Counted from the stretch's first letter, positions 1 to 13,505 are shown. The stretch is 64,000 nt of DNA from Amoebophrya sp. A120 (GCA_905178155.1 CAJINV010000022.1:462312-526311); one strand, 5' to 3'. Translations and numbers: made by a program. Notes: generated by a model not told the origin, from the letters alone.

Positions 1-383
1 GGGAATGATCTTGAAAATGAGAGCAACACGAAAAAGAGAGTCGGTTGATGGATTTGACATGTGGCAGACAAGTGAAGTAAAGAAATAACGAACGCGATCA
101 GGAAAAGAGTTTAGGCATGTATGAAGAAGCGAACGAATTGACGGAAATGAGCTCAAGCGACAAGATTGAATCTGTTGGATGATCCGCTGTAGTATGTTTG
201 CTTCGGCATTTGTAAAGGTAGTTGGGTATGGATATAATGAAAGTTATGCTATATATTTTTATGTTGTTTCGCAATTTCAGGTCCCCCAGGTCGTTAGTGT
301 AATACTAGGACCCCCGCTAATTCGTAACATAGTCGCGAACCAACGTTACGCATTTTTTAGAGTTTTGGCATAGTTAGCACACC

Positions 384-386
<3 letters not shown>

Positions 387-423
<37 letters not shown>
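387..423. repeat. (CA)n microsatellite
   Basis: Uninterrupted ACAC run seen directly; shorter CA runs recur in the following tandem units. Confidence 0.95.
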
Positions 424-427
<4 letters not shown>

Positions 428-1085
428 CAAGCACGCGCACACAGGGACACGGTATGGCTTTAGCGTTTTGCTTTGTTTGGTTCATTCAATTTTGTGACTT
501 TTTCGCTGATTTGTAGAATAGGACCGCTGTGGTTGATGCCATTGAAAATGTATCGTCTTTGTAAATAACAGAACCAACCGGGAAGAAGGACGCAAACACC
601 ACCGGCAAGGGTTGTACGCACACACACACACAGGCACGCGCACACAGGGACACGGTATAGCTATTCCTTTTTTTTGTTTGATTTATTTGATGCGGTTGCG
701 GTGATTTTTCAGGTGATTTGCAGAGTTAGGCTGTGTTTGGTTGATGTTGGATTTTCGCGTAGTAGTTGGCTGGTATTGTAAATGTATCCTTTTTCGTAAA
801 TAACAGAACCGACCGGGAAAATGGACGCAGACACCACCGGCGAGAGTTGCGCTCACACAAACACAAGCACGCGCACACAGGGACGCGGTATACTTATAGT
901 CTTTTGCTTTGTTTGGTTCATTCGGTTGCGCTGATTGTTGAGGTGATTCGGAGAGTTAAGGCGTGTCGGTCGATTTTGGATTTTTTAAAGTACTAGTTGT
1001 GTCCGATTGTAAGCGTTTTCCTTATTGTAAATAACAGAACCGAGAACCGGGAAAATGGACGCAAGCAATACCGACAAGAGTTGCA
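424..1085. repeat. Three degenerate tandem copies of a ~220-bp unit
   Basis: GCACGCGCACACAGGGACACGGTAT recurs at ~431, ~634 and ~867; GTAAATAACAGAACC..CCGGGAA(A/G)A(T/A)GGACGCA recurs at ~561, ~796 and ~1027. The third copy contains the putative helicase ATG. Confidence 0.85.
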
Positions 1086-4000
1086 AGGAGCAACTTCGTA
1101 GGAAAGGCGATCTTTTCTGGGTCTAGCAATTAGCTTGAGGCTAAGTCTTTGCAGTGCGGCGCTAGTTTGCGGATCGCTTTGCGTAATGGCATGAAGCGCA
1201 GAAGAAATTAACTGCGGCTTGCGTTGTATATTGATGATTTATCGCCGACAAGATGCATGACTATACATTTTCTAGCGCGCTTGCATACATACAGGAAGCA
1301 GGCATGCAAAACTTGCACGAAGACTTGAGCAATTTTTAAGACCCAGAATGTTTAGCGGTATAGTTTTCGCCAAGCTACCGCCTGAAACTGTTCCAAGTTC
1401 GCCCGCGGGAGCGGTCATGGCGACGCTAATCAAAACGGAGTTCGGGTATGCCATTTTGGAGCGTCACGATTTTGGGCCGATGTTGTTCGATATTCCACAG
1501 AAAAAGACCGACAGGTCAAATCTGTAATGCAAAAATAAAGAGACCGGAAAAATTGGCATGGGTGAGGCCATAGCATCTTGTTTAGGGCATGCAGTGCAGA
1601 TTTATTTGTCTAATTATTCTTGCATTACAGAGATGGCCCGTTGGGTTTTTTCTGGGGGATACTTGATGGCGTGGAGTTTGCGGCGTATTGGGACAGCAAG
1701 GAGATCCGATTGTCGTGCTCGGTTGCTGAAGACAAAGGGGTCTACGTCCAAGTTGAGGGGACTTCGTCCGGAAATCGTGGGAAACGTTTAAGCGGCGGGC
1801 GTTTTCCCGATAGCATGCGTGTTGCTATAGTGGGCAACTATGTTGGTGATTCGTATGCAAGCTTGCGGGAGTCTGTTGAAAAACTGAGCGAACGTGCGGC
1901 GCGATTGTTTGTGGACGATGCTTCTCTTTTGGGAAGCGAGCTAATCTGTCAAACGGGGTACGTATCGCGTTGAAAAAAACCATGACTATCACAAATGGCA
2001 ACTTTTCCGCGAAGTTTTCAAATCCGGAAAGTCGGACACTTTGGGGAAAAAACACTATCACAGAGCAACGATTTTCGCTAAAAGGTGGCAAATTGTGGTA
2101 GTGATAGTCTTTTTCAGCGCGATAGTACGCAGGATCTGGGAAAACATATGAGCAGATCAGATGGATGACGCAAGCCTGTCCGACAAACAGAGTCATTTTT
2201 TGTGCTCCGTCGAACTCTTTGTGTAACGAAGTGGCGGCCCGGATTTCTGAAGCCGATGGAACTTTTCGGGTGTGGCGTGTGGTTGGTCGAAGTGAAGCGC
2301 TAGCGCAGGCGCGAGCGGTATCAAGAGCAAAAGCGCGTGGGTCTGGAAGATTTTGACACTCGTCAGGCACGTTTTGCATGAGCTCTGAGGTTTTCGATGA
2401 ATGTTGTAGCATCACAGACCTTGGGAGAGCTTCTTGATGCCCATTCCGCATGACAAATGTTCTCTTCGCGTAGGAAAAATTTTGGTCCTTCTGGTATTCA
2501 TGCAATACAGATATCTTTGCAATGCAAATGCAGCATTACAGATTGCACTTTTCCAGACTTAGACACTTTTGCAATTGATAAGCGGACACGAAGTCTACCA
2601 CATACGAAGTTATGCAATTGGGCCGGGACGATCAAGATGGTGACGCATCTGATGACTTCCTTCGGGCGAGCTTTTTCGACTACACCGACACCAAGCAAGC
2701 AATTGAATGCGTCCCGGAAGTGTTAGAGTATCCCGGGCCAAATAAACTTTCCCGCGCTAGATCTAAGCGAGAGACTTTGCATCACAAGAGACGAAATGAA
2801 ACAGGTCGCCTATAGTACGCGTCGCAAGTGGTAGAATGTAATGTAGTGCAGATTCGTTGGGCGAGTTGTCTCAGAAGCAAATCCATTGGCTAAGTCTGGC
2901 GACAGCACTGCAAAGAACTTTGAAACACGACCAGGACTGTTGTCGCTGGCGTTGCCATTGTAGTGAGAATGAACCGCGTGACGGTTCTGGTGTGGGAACG
3001 TTTTTCCAAAGGATACGAGGCGTTTGTGGGTGAGCGCCGGGCAGCCGGCTTGGGATCACAATGCGACGACGTGTCTAGCGGACGAGTGGTGGCTGCTTGT
3101 ATCAAATGCAAAGGCGTCGGGGTGTGGAAATAGGTGCGCACTTGTGAAATTTGTCATGCGCGGCTTTTCATGGTTTTCGGTGTTTGTCATGCGTGCGGTG
3201 GCGTTGCAGTGTGTACTGGGCATGACGCATATTGAAAAGCGTTGCAGGGTGATACGCGTGGCAAATTTGTGCGAGATCCAGACGCAGCAGCACAAGTCAC
3301 AAGTGCTGTCGTTGTTTCCAGACCCCGACGGATTTTGGCACTTCATATTTTTCCGTGCGGGACCAGATGCGTATCGTTAGCGTATGCGTGACGTAAGCAG
3401 TGCAAAAGTTTCCGCACGAGTACGAATAGCATTACAAATTCGCAAAACGCTAGAAACTGAATGCAAGAATTGGATTTGCTTTGACAAAAGGAAAAAGGAA
3501 GCGGAAGGCATGAATGCCATAAGTACTGGCGCGATACTTTTTCACAGGATATCAGCGGCGAAGACCAGAGACCCAAGCTACGTATTCGGAGTTACGTTAT
3601 CAAGTGCAAAATGTTGGGAGTGGGCAAGATGTTGGGACTTGTCCTGTGTGTTTTGTGGTAGTTGCTATGTTTCTGATGCATGCCATAGCAGTGCGGGTGC
3701 CTTGAGGGTTTCGCGATGTTCATAACGCAAGGCACATGCTGAATCTTCGCGCGGAAGCAGTTGGGTTTGTGTCGCTGCTTAGGCATAGCTGTTGCATTTT
3801 GGAATCCAAAATCAGTAAAGCAAGTCGCAACCGAGTAACTTCTGACATTTTTACACTTGAAAACCTGCGAACCAGAACAACTACCCGCCGTCGAGAGCAT
3901 TTCTGGCGTAAGTGATCTATCACTTGCGGTGCGGTTGGAAAAGCTCGGCGCGAGAAAAGGGCCTATCAACTGCAAAAATGTCGGGGCCCGGAAGGTTGTG

Positions 4001-6695
4001 AGTTTTGTCATGGACGTGGTGAATGAAGCTTGAGGCGTGCGATGCATGGCCTAGCAAGCGCTACAGATTTGATGAAGATCTTTGCAGGCTTCTATCGGAT
4101 AGTAAGCGCCGTACTAAAAAGGCGCGCCTTCGTTCATGCTCATGCAGTGCAGAGCTTCGCTAGAATCGAAGGGCAGTGGCATAGTTTTAGACTTTTCCAG
4201 ACCCAGACGCTTTGCAATTCGATAAAATTCAAAGCGGCAGGCTTGAGTCATTTAGCGACGGAGTTCAGGAACATCATGCAGGAAAAACTAAAGGTAGTGC
4301 GTCGGTTTGAACAGCAGAACGGTGCAGAGTTGGAAAAGGTTCTGTGGTTTGGCGGCAGAACCAAGCCGAGTTTTATTTACCAAAGTACCGAAAGCAGACC
4401 ACCTGGCTACACCGGGCCGATTGGTTAAGAGTTTGGTAGTTGTCACGGTCTCAGCTGTTGCGTGAATTTATGACGCAATTGACGAAGAAAATGCATGGGA
4501 ACGCTTTGCATGCTAAATTTGGCGGCGATTGTTCTTCTGGGAATAAAGCTGCTCAAGGGTTAATTTGTGTGCGAATGAATCAACTTGATGCAGTGGATTG
4601 ATTTTGAAGGCAATTGCGCAAGACAAATCACGAAACGGCTGAGCGCGTAACGATTGAAAATGGCATATGGTTATGCAGTTAGTGCTCTACACAGATGCCG
4701 ACTTTGTTCAAGTTCCGCACTTCTGCAGTAATCTTAGTACGCGAGGCAGAGGAAAAGTATCGCGCTCGATGTATTAGACAAAAGGCAGCGGATGGCAACA
4801 AACGAGAAGCATTCTGCAACGTTTTTCAGCTGGTCAATAGAGTCTATCTGCATTGCTTGGCTGCGTTAATTATTCCGAGCGCGGTACTTATTTTGGCACA
4901 GGATATCCAAGATGGCCATAGCAAATCTGGGATTGACGAAATGGGACGAAAAGGACGCAGCGGCTGCCGTAGCGTGCTGGGTATGAAAGCTTCAAAGTAG
5001 AAATCTTTAGAGTGGAAATAATTTGCGAAGCATGAAATACATGGCAAATAAGATGGCGCTGCAAAGAACACAAGAAAGATGGATTATAGTGCCGCCAGGG
5101 GCTGAGAAATGATCTGTGTTAGCATCTATAATATGACCGGAGTCGCTTGTTTGCGTTGCGAAGCATTTCCACGCTCAAGATTTATAAGTTGAGGCGTTCA
5201 TAGTCGACAAAAAATTACAACAAGTGCGGCGCAACGACTATACTAGCGCAGCACGCGTATCAACTGCAGATTTGTCTGGATCTGGAAGACATCACTTGCG
5301 TTATGCTTGTCGAGAGTGTTTCCTAAATCTGTCATGCGCATTACCTCAGCGTTTTTCTGTTCTGTGATGCAGCAGCGCGGTTTGTCATGCTTCGCTTTGA
5401 AGCAACAGGCAAGCAGAAGCTGAGACTTGTACTGCTTAGCTAGCGCGTGCGGTTTCATTACGAGACGCCGCGCAGCATTACAAATGTCTAAATCCAGACA
5501 CGTTCGCACTTGATAACGCAGGGCAGTTCACATTAGAATACGACGCGCAGGCTAGTTGTGTCGAGAAATACCGAGCATTTCAAGGACGTACGGGCTTCGG
5601 CGGGATAATCACGCCCGTGGTGTTATGAAAGTCACAGGATCGAAATCGACAAAGTTGAGACAAGACGCAAGGCGCAGAATCGACAGGAGTGACCTCGGTG
5701 CGTTGTTTTTGCGTGCTTTGCAGAAAGGGCCCTTTGCATTCAAGTGGCCGCAGTTATGCATTAGAGACAGTCGCAACTTTGACGATTTCAATTGTGGCTC
5801 ATGAATAAGGTTACGATGGCGCTTCTTCGTTTTTGGAGAGGAAGAAGTTGTTGACTTTTTGTAGGCCGCGCGCAATTGTTATAATTTCAAGCGTTGCAAT
5901 GGAAGCTGTGGCGTATAATGCAAAATAGGAGCTATGTAGTTAATTTCTGTAGGATGGATTTTGCGCGGCAAGGTGTCGGGTTTGAATTGCCGCGATTTCT
6001 TTGCGATTTTGTGTATTGCGAGAAGTAGGAGGAGAACGCTGCGCAAGTTTGTCACGCTAGTCATGCCTCAAAGCCACAGCAGTTAGTTCCTTGCAACGCT
6101 TGAGATTGCAACGCTTGCGCAAGCTATACGCTTCACCCGGTGGCGCGCGGGATGTGCTATAGTCGCGTCGTTTGGTATGGTGTGCAAAAGTATGGCACTT
6201 GTATAAATGCAAGCGCTGCACTACGCAGATTTTTTATAGGTAAGCGAAGTCTACGGGTGGCGCGTTTGTATGTTGAAGAAGAAAAACCGCGGCGCATTTA
6301 TACAAGTGCAATACTTTTGCCAATTATACTTAAGCGGTTGGAGCGTTTGGGAGTTTCAGGAAGCGCGAGATTTCCACGCACGGAATGGGTTCGATTTCTC
6401 CGCTATCAATTGCAAAAAGGTCGAGGTCTGGGAACTTGTGAGGTTAGTACCGCGAAAAAGTTGGGCTCTGTTTGCTGGGTATCGTGCTGGACAAATTTAA
6501 CTTGCATGCTAGAGAAGCACGACAGGCATGCATAGTGCCAGACGTCGACACTTTTACACTTGATATCTTCGAAGCGCGTTGGACCTGCCTGTCGGGTGGC
6601 AGTTTAGTACAAACCGACGTCGACGCGCTGCGTTCGCGGCTACTGACTTCAAGCAAGTAGCGGGAGAGTTGTTGTCTGGAATCGTAAACACTTAA
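1055..6695 (+). CDS. Divergent superfamily-1 (UPF1/DNA2/SETX-like) helicase, ~650 aa, 18 exons
   Basis: Removing 17 decayed introners plus 5 nt each (approx. 1099-1287, 1491-1661, 1963-2124, 2319-2580, 2729-3015, 3100-3347, 3394-3551, 3598-3862, 3964-4224, 4426-4667, 4738-4905, 4982-5202, 5258-5515, 5624-5807, 5914-6128, 6176-6328, 6404-6565) gives a continuous frame from ATG 1055 to TAA 6695. Motifs appear in the expected order: I GYAGSGKT, Ia VIFCAPSN, II LADEW, III EPEQLPAV..SLAVRL, IIIa KLKVVRRF, V AFQGRT..GIITPVV, VI SFLERKKLLTFCRPR. Some decayed boundaries were chosen partly to keep frame. Confidence 0.8.
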
Positions 6696-8138
6696 AAAAA
6701 GCACTAACATACACGCACTGTGAGTGGTTTGCTGAATTTTTCTCGTAAGCAGCGTTACGGATGTTGTTATTTATGTTCTACCGAACAGACTCGGTAGCGT
6801 TGAAGCTGCTGGGTAACTGTAGAGAAAAGATATCTACGATCGTGCAAAATGGGCAAAAGATTTCTAGCTCTATAAACAACGTCGGGCGGACGTTGTGCGT
6901 TTTCTAAATTTGATGAAACTATACTACGCAGACGCAGTCTATAAGAGTTGCAAACTTGTTGAATGTGTTGACTCATAAGAAGCACGGCGCGTTTCGCATT
7001 GGGCGACAATTAAACAGGCGAAGGATGCAGGTTCTGGGTGTTCGTATGTAGTTGCTCCGCGTAGTGGTTTCATTTAGGATGATCGTGCGCGCGAAATTAA
7101 AGCGCTCGAGATTTTCGCCGTAGTCTTTAGAGCTCTTATGCTGGTCAGCGCGCAAATCAATGAAAAACAAGCGATCGACTGAAATTGAAACACGGCGCAG
7201 CCGCGAGCTGTACGCATAAAATTTCGGCTGGGTTGATCATACAGCGAACGAATGCGCAACAGATTAAAGGTCATTAAAAACGAATGAGATTGGATCAGCG
7301 TGGGTCTGCTAATCTTGTGGGCATTAGCGCGATGGCGCGCTGTGTATGTTCTAACAGAATGAATTACAACGAAGAACAGGCAAATGATTTCAGTAAGTAA
7401 ATTAATGCAGTAAAGTCGTGGCTATGGCTAATGCAATCCGCCAACGAGTAAAAGGCGCCAGAGTTGGAAAAAGAAGCATTGGAGTCAGGGTAAAGCACTC
7501 GAGCAAGAAAATGCCGCGACGTAAATACTTGGTTGCTAGCAAAGTCATTGACTTCGGGCGCTCTTAAAATTTACGGCGTTGCTGTTAGATTTTTGCGAAA
7601 TTTTCTGTGAATAAATCTGACAGGGTACATCCGCCGCTATGTTGTTAGTGTAGCAATGTTGTAGATTGTTAGGCTAACTAGCGCAGCAGTTGGAGAAAGC
7701 GAGCAACTTCGTGAATTACATCGCTGCACATTACTGCGCATTTTGTTGATAGATTTTATTGCTGGCGTTCCGTTGTTGGCAAGTTTAGTCGCAAACTGTT
7801 GAGCGTACTTGGTGCCAGCCAAAAAAATGTCCTCGGAAAAGAAAACCATCACAGCGCCGCACAAAGATTGCGCGTGCGAGCAAGATAGTAACTGTGTGCA
7901 AATTTGCCGCGCGCGGTATGTGTTTCTGCGTGAAATATGAGAAATACCACAAGACACGCCTCAGCCGTTGGAGCTCTTTAGCAGTGTCATGCATGAGCGT
8001 AACCAATGACAGACCAAACGAAGAGCGATGGCGTTTGACGCAAGTTCGTGCATTTACTTGGAGTAGTGTGGGTTGTTGTGCAAAATACTGCAACGGTTGA
8101 GCGCGTAGCATTTGCGAAGTGGATAAAGTACGTACTTC

Positions 8139-8492
8139 ATGTTTCAGGACATGACTGGACTGAAGGAAGAGGAAATCGCGGAAATCATCGCAAAACGGTT
8201 AAACGAAGCACCGGCCGGAATGTCTAGCGATTCGAAAAAAGGGTCGAAACACGAAAAAGCGAAAAAATCGCCGGGGATTTCGTCGCTAACGACCCCGAGG
8301 CGTCTGCGTTATTTTCCCCCGAACCAGACTACCCCGGTGGAAGTGTCGTCCAGTGACGAAAGTGAACAAGCAACGAGCTCGAAAGCGACGCCGTTGTTTA
8401 AGAAAATTAAGAAAGAGAGCGGCTCAGACGGTGACGATGACGACGATGATGGCCGTGGTCCGTTTTTTCGTAAGTTGGGACAGACGTCCTAG
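8139..8492 (+). CDS. Small charged (Lys/Asp/Ser-rich) hypothetical protein or exon
   Basis: 117-aa ATG ORF with protein-like biased composition; no recognisable domain. Confidence 0.4.
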   Translation: MFQDMTGLKEEEIAEIIAKRLNEAPAGMSSDSKKGSKHEKAKKSPGISSLTTPRRLRYFPPNQTTPVEVSSSDESEQATSSKATPLFKKIKKESGSDGDDDDDDGRGPFFRKLGQTS

Positions 8493-8862
8493 ACTCGGCA
8501 GCTGTTAGTTTGCGAACGTCCGGCAGACAACAAAATCGACGCAGTTTGAAAAACACGCCCCGACTGCAGAACGTTTCAAGTCAGCCGCTTTTGCTTCTTT
8601 TGCAAAAATGCGCAACGAGATGCAACGAGTTGCAGCCGTGTGGTTTCTGTGTGTTTGCCGTTAACCATATCAATACTACGAAAATAGAACACGCCTCAGG
8701 GTGCAGATGTTTAGCGCTTTTAGAAGAGTAGACGACTTCGCATTGCACAGTGAGCGCGTCAGCGTATGGAAACACAAGCAGGAACAGTATTAACGAAGTT
8801 GGTTGCTGAATTTTTAAAAAAAAAAAGCGAACGGATGACGCTAGTCGTTTGCGTTTGTCAAG

Positions 8863-10545
8863 ATGAACGAGAACGATTGCGCGACTAGTGTTCTCCTTAA
8901 TGGAATCAAAAAGGACGCAAATAGTCGCAAACAAGACCGAAAACGAACAGCAGCAGCGAAGATGCATGGAAGCAGAGAGAGACTAAATCAGTTCCATCGA
9001 TCTGAAGTGACAAAACAAACGCAACACGCGAAAAAATTCAAAAGTTCAGGAAATGTCGACTGTAGTGTGTGCACGCTTATGCCGGAGATCATTGCGAAAA
9101 TTAAGTCGCAAAATGCTCCGAAAAATGCGCAGCGACGCCTAAGGTGTGAGCTGTACGTAAATACTTCCGTGCTTATTACAATCAGGGACAAGCAGGGCGC
9201 GCCGCCTGTTATTGCGCAGGTTAGTACTCACATGGCCAACATTACGTCGGGCACTATGGTAGAACAACAACAAGACGCGGAAAGTGTGCAAATTAGTGAT
9301 CACGCGATGAATCTGATACGTTCGCGCTTCTGTATTGAAGCACTCGGAGACTCGATAGCGATGCCTGTTTTAGAATCCAAAGACTACGACTCGTGGATTT
9401 GCTATGAGGTGCCGCATGTTCCGCTGGATGCGTTTAAAAATTGGCTGCACACTGTCACGGAGATGCCGACACTAATTCCAGGAATCATGCGGTGCGCAGA
9501 CTGGTGCGGACGTTTCTCGCCATATCCCCAAACTTGTGCACATTGTAATGCTTCTGGATGGTTAACGATTACCAAGAGCGAGCTTATTACTTTAGAAACG
9601 GTTCTGGAGCTCTACACTCGACCAGAATGGCCGCCAGCTCTGGACTACTGCCGCGTGAGTACGCACGCGGAAAAGATGCTGGACAGTCGTGAACCAGAGT
9701 CGGGCTATGTTGTCCCTTGCGCACACATTTAGAATGAACAAAGAGCGGACGCGTATTGGGTGTACGTTATGCGAAACAGCGCCAAAATTTTTGCGGCATC
9801 GACGTACGAGATGGATTGGGGTCGTTGGGCTGAACAAGTATACTTTTTGACGGGGTACCTGAAAGAATACAAGCGCGACGCAGATTCGCAGTCTGCCTTT
9901 TATCGGACATGCGAGCAGGCGGCTACGTGTGGGCTGTATGGTCGTCCAATTGCGCCCGGGTCCAACAAAGTTGCCAGAGGGTTGGAACACAAATTCGAAG
10001 TAAGCGAGGACGGTCGCGGCGTCGACTTATTTCTGGTGAACAAAGGGATGCAGGCTGGAGTGTGGGTCAAGAAAAATTTCGAGGCGTACGGGCATAGCGT
10101 TACTGCTGCGAAGTTTATGTCGAACGCAGCAAGCAGCTGGTCCATGCCGCGGATTGCGTGCGGAAATTGGTGCAACGGGTTTGACGTAGGGCATTGCGTT
10201 TGTGTTTTGGCGAATTTGCGAAATGACAAATACCAGTAAAATCATAAAGGCGCGCGGCAGTTGTTTTCGTTCAATGTGCGCGGACGAACACACCCGGCGC
10301 AGGCGCTCTCGTATTATTTTCGTGATGTTTGCCATGTGAAGACTATGACCATTGCAATGTCGAGGCGGTTAAGTGACCGAGAGCACGACCAACGTCTGTG
10401 CTTTTCGCTCCAAGTAGTGCGCCAATCGGTGGCCCGTGAAAACTGTGCGACGTGTTCTTGGTTAGTTTTCATGTATAGCGATCAAACCGCACGGCTAAAG
10501 ATCTGCCTGGCTAGAAACAGGAAAGAAAAGCGAGCAGATCGGTAA
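8863..10545 (+). pseudogene. Hypothetical Cys-rich coding frame interrupted by two in-frame stops (pseudogene, tiny introns or readthrough)
   Basis: ORFs 8863-9732, 9760-10239 and 10261-10545 are in one frame, separated only by TAG 9730-9732 and TAA 10237-10239. CxxC pairs are present (CSVC, CAHC). Confidence 0.45.
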
Positions 10546-10992
10546 AAATTGCAAAACGATCAAAAAACTGGCTCCGTTCAACATAGCAGGCGCGGCGAAT
10601 GGCTTGCCAGTACGTAGCGCGATCAGCATGGCAGTGCCTGACTCAAATAAATAGTCGCGGGCTGTGTTCTTAACCTATGGCAACGCTGCGGCTGCAGCAG
10701 TGCCGAGCGCGTGACTTTGGTCAAAGAACGTCGCTCGAGGTATGGCGTTGCGCCTAGTGATGAGAAATCAGCTCACGAATTGTTTTGCTCTGTTTGATTG
10801 TTTTATATGAACCATTGACCACAGGGAAACTAGCTTCGCGCGTCTAGTGTGATTAGTTGCTTAGCCTCGTAGCGCGTATCTGTAGCAAATTTGTGAGATT
10901 GTAGCGGTTTGGTATTTTTCTAGTTTCGATAGAAAGTATTATAGTGCTGCTGCTTTTTAGGTCTTACACGGAAAACATTCGCAAAAAAAAAA

Positions 10993-12006
10993 ATGCCATC
11001 CGGAATCCAATGCGTGGACTGCCAGTCTTGGCTGACAATCTCTCGGGAAGTGAAGGAGGCAGTTCTGGACGACCCGTCGAAGTATTACTGTTACGCATGT
11101 GATTTTTCTTTTTGTTTTTGTACTATTCTGCGGCAGTTGCGTTACAATGAAAAGAAAAAAAGGCGAAAGAATGAAAATGAATGCGATGAAATGGCTACTG
11201 CAGGTGGAATCTTTTCGATAAAAAGCCCACGAACAGCGACTGGCTGCAGTGCACTTGCTGCCACACGTATCAGAGCAAAAGGTCTACGGTTACGCACAGG
11301 CCCGAGAAAATTGCGGAAATTTTTTGCATGAAAAGCGCAGCGTTGCGCATGTGATGCTGAGCGCGGCAGTTGTTGCTTATGTTATCGGGTGGCAGTGCAA
11401 TAAAAAAAGCGCGCTGTAGTGTTGATCGAGATAAAGAGACCGCGGAGCTCGCCGTACGGCGTGCCTGTAGATCGTTTGCGTTCTGATAGCGCGTGGCTTC
11501 AATTTACCGTGACCGGATACATGTATCAAATGCAAAAGGGTCGACGTCAAGAAAGTTGGCAACTGTGTTGGCATACATGCGAAATAAAGGAGCAAGATCG
11601 TTATAGTGTGGCGCGACTCGCGCTATTTTTATGAAAGTGCGCATGTTTGGCATTACGAGCGAAGCAGCACGCGCACGACTATGTTGCCAGTTTTCTAGTA
11701 GTTGACACGTTTGCACGCGATAATTGGGACGAGTTTACTAAAAAGTTCGTGGATTTGACAAAGAAGCCGCGGGGAAATCGTTGGGCGCGCAAAAGTGAAA
11801 ACGTCGAAACTAATAGCGGCAGCGTTGGCCAGATTGGGGAAAAATGTGCAGAAGCGGCACCCACGACGTTGCCGAAATCTGGAAAACGGCGCAAACAAAC
11901 CAAAGAAAAAGAAGTAAACGCAACAGATTCGGCGAACAAAAAAACAGAAGACACGAAGCAGCCAAAATCCGAAAAGAATCTGACTGGTGTAAAATTCGGG
12001 CTATAA
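10993..12006 (+). pseudogene. Hypothetical coding frame with N-terminal CxxC..CxxC zinc-ribbon-like motif and in-frame stops
   Basis: ORFs starting at 10993, 11419 and 11647 share one frame; stops are TGA 11329, TAA 11401 and TGA 11632. N-terminus reads CVDC...CYAC; the C-terminus is Lys-rich. Confidence 0.4.
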
Positions 12007-12786
12007 ACCAGCACAGAGCTGCTTTTGTCTTCATTTTTGTTACATTGAAACGATGCGACGCGAGGGCAAGTGACTAAAAAGCAACAGAAAGAGCGCGGAT
12101 AAAGGTAAGGCACAAACTCGAACGCATTAAGTGCAATGCGCGAACTCTGTATGCCCGCAATTGTGTTCGACGGAGTTTCTCGCTCTAAATTTGCTGCGGA
12201 GGCGCGCACGCGTTCGGTGTCGCGAGTGGTGATAAATTTCAGCGAATGGCACAGGAGGAAATAGCAACGCCCACAAAATTGGCAATGATCGGCGTAAAAT
12301 GGTTGCCGTGTGTAATGTCGAAGGATCAAAAAAAAAATGGCGGCAATGCTAACCAAAGCACCGAGATCGCTAAAATTCGAGCAAATTGAAACGAGATCCC
12401 GAGCAACAGAATAAAAAGCGGCGGAAGCGTATAAAAATCGAAGACAATATGCCGACACGTTGGCATAGCAATTTTTTTACTACTGCAATGCTTGTAGTTT
12501 AGGCGCCGGGTAATAATTATTCGCGTGATTTGACTACTTCAGGGGATTGATGTTATTAGTCTTTGCGATTATTCCGTTAGACTAATGCTTTGCTTTCGCA
12601 TACTTTGTAACCATTTTGCTCATTCTTGTTGTCCATTGGTAAGCATTACTCTTTTCTTTTTTCTTGGTTACATAGCATACCGCTTCAGTTTTTCCTGTTT
12701 TTTAGCATTCAAAAAATTGACAACGGTTTCGGTGTTTGGTATTTTTCAACTTTCAACGTCTTCGGACTTCCAAAACACGCAAGCAA

Positions 12787-13505
12787 TGGCGCCGGTTCAA
12801 CCCTTGACCTCGAAACAGAAAAAAAAAGCGCGCAAGCGCGCGGAAAAAACTTCGAATGACGACGACGACCAACCGCATGCCATTGGCGTTGATGTTGTGA
12901 CTGACGAAAAACCGAAGAAAAAGCACAAAAAACAGCCGACAGCAGTCGTAGAAGAAAGCACGGAAGTGCTGCAGAACAAACACAAGGAAAAGGCGAAGCA
13001 GAAATGGTATGACGAACATGCAAAAAAACACAAAAAGCAGACCGAACAGAAAAAGTGCGGCGCTACTGTGTCCGAGGCGGCGGCTGTGCCGAAAAAAGAG
13101 GACGGAGATGAGTGCTCGACTGTGGAAGATGATGTGTATGACGATGGTGATGGTTTGCGCAACGCGTGGACGATTCCGGGGCAGAATCCCGCGGGGCACA
13201 TGGATCAACAGCAAACGAACTTGGTAGAACGGCGCGAAGATTTGCGGCTGCGGATTCTTTGCACAATGCTTACCCGCGACGTCCTCATACCCCGAAAAGC
13301 ACACGGCAACGCTTCATACGTCGCACCTTACGCGCTTGCTCGCTGCTCCGCTTTTGCGCGATTGTGTTCCGGAATGCTGCGGCAGTGTACTGCTCTAGAT
13401 TCTTGCTCAGCCGACGACCTTGACAATTTGACAAACCGCGAGACGTTGCTAATTCTCCAGTCCGCTTGTCGTGGTCGCAGCATTGTTTTGAGGTTTTTGA
13501 TCTGA
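12787..13505 (+). CDS. Lys-rich hypothetical protein (MAPVQPLTSKQKKKARK...)
   Basis: Inside ORF 12585-13505. The probable start is the internal ATG after a T-rich leader; basic NLS-like clusters and acidic tracts follow. Confidence 0.55.

Noticed and set aside
6767-8111. Possible further gene with extremely decayed introners
   Set aside because: Several short ORFs, but I could not establish consistent TIR/DR boundaries or any protein motif.
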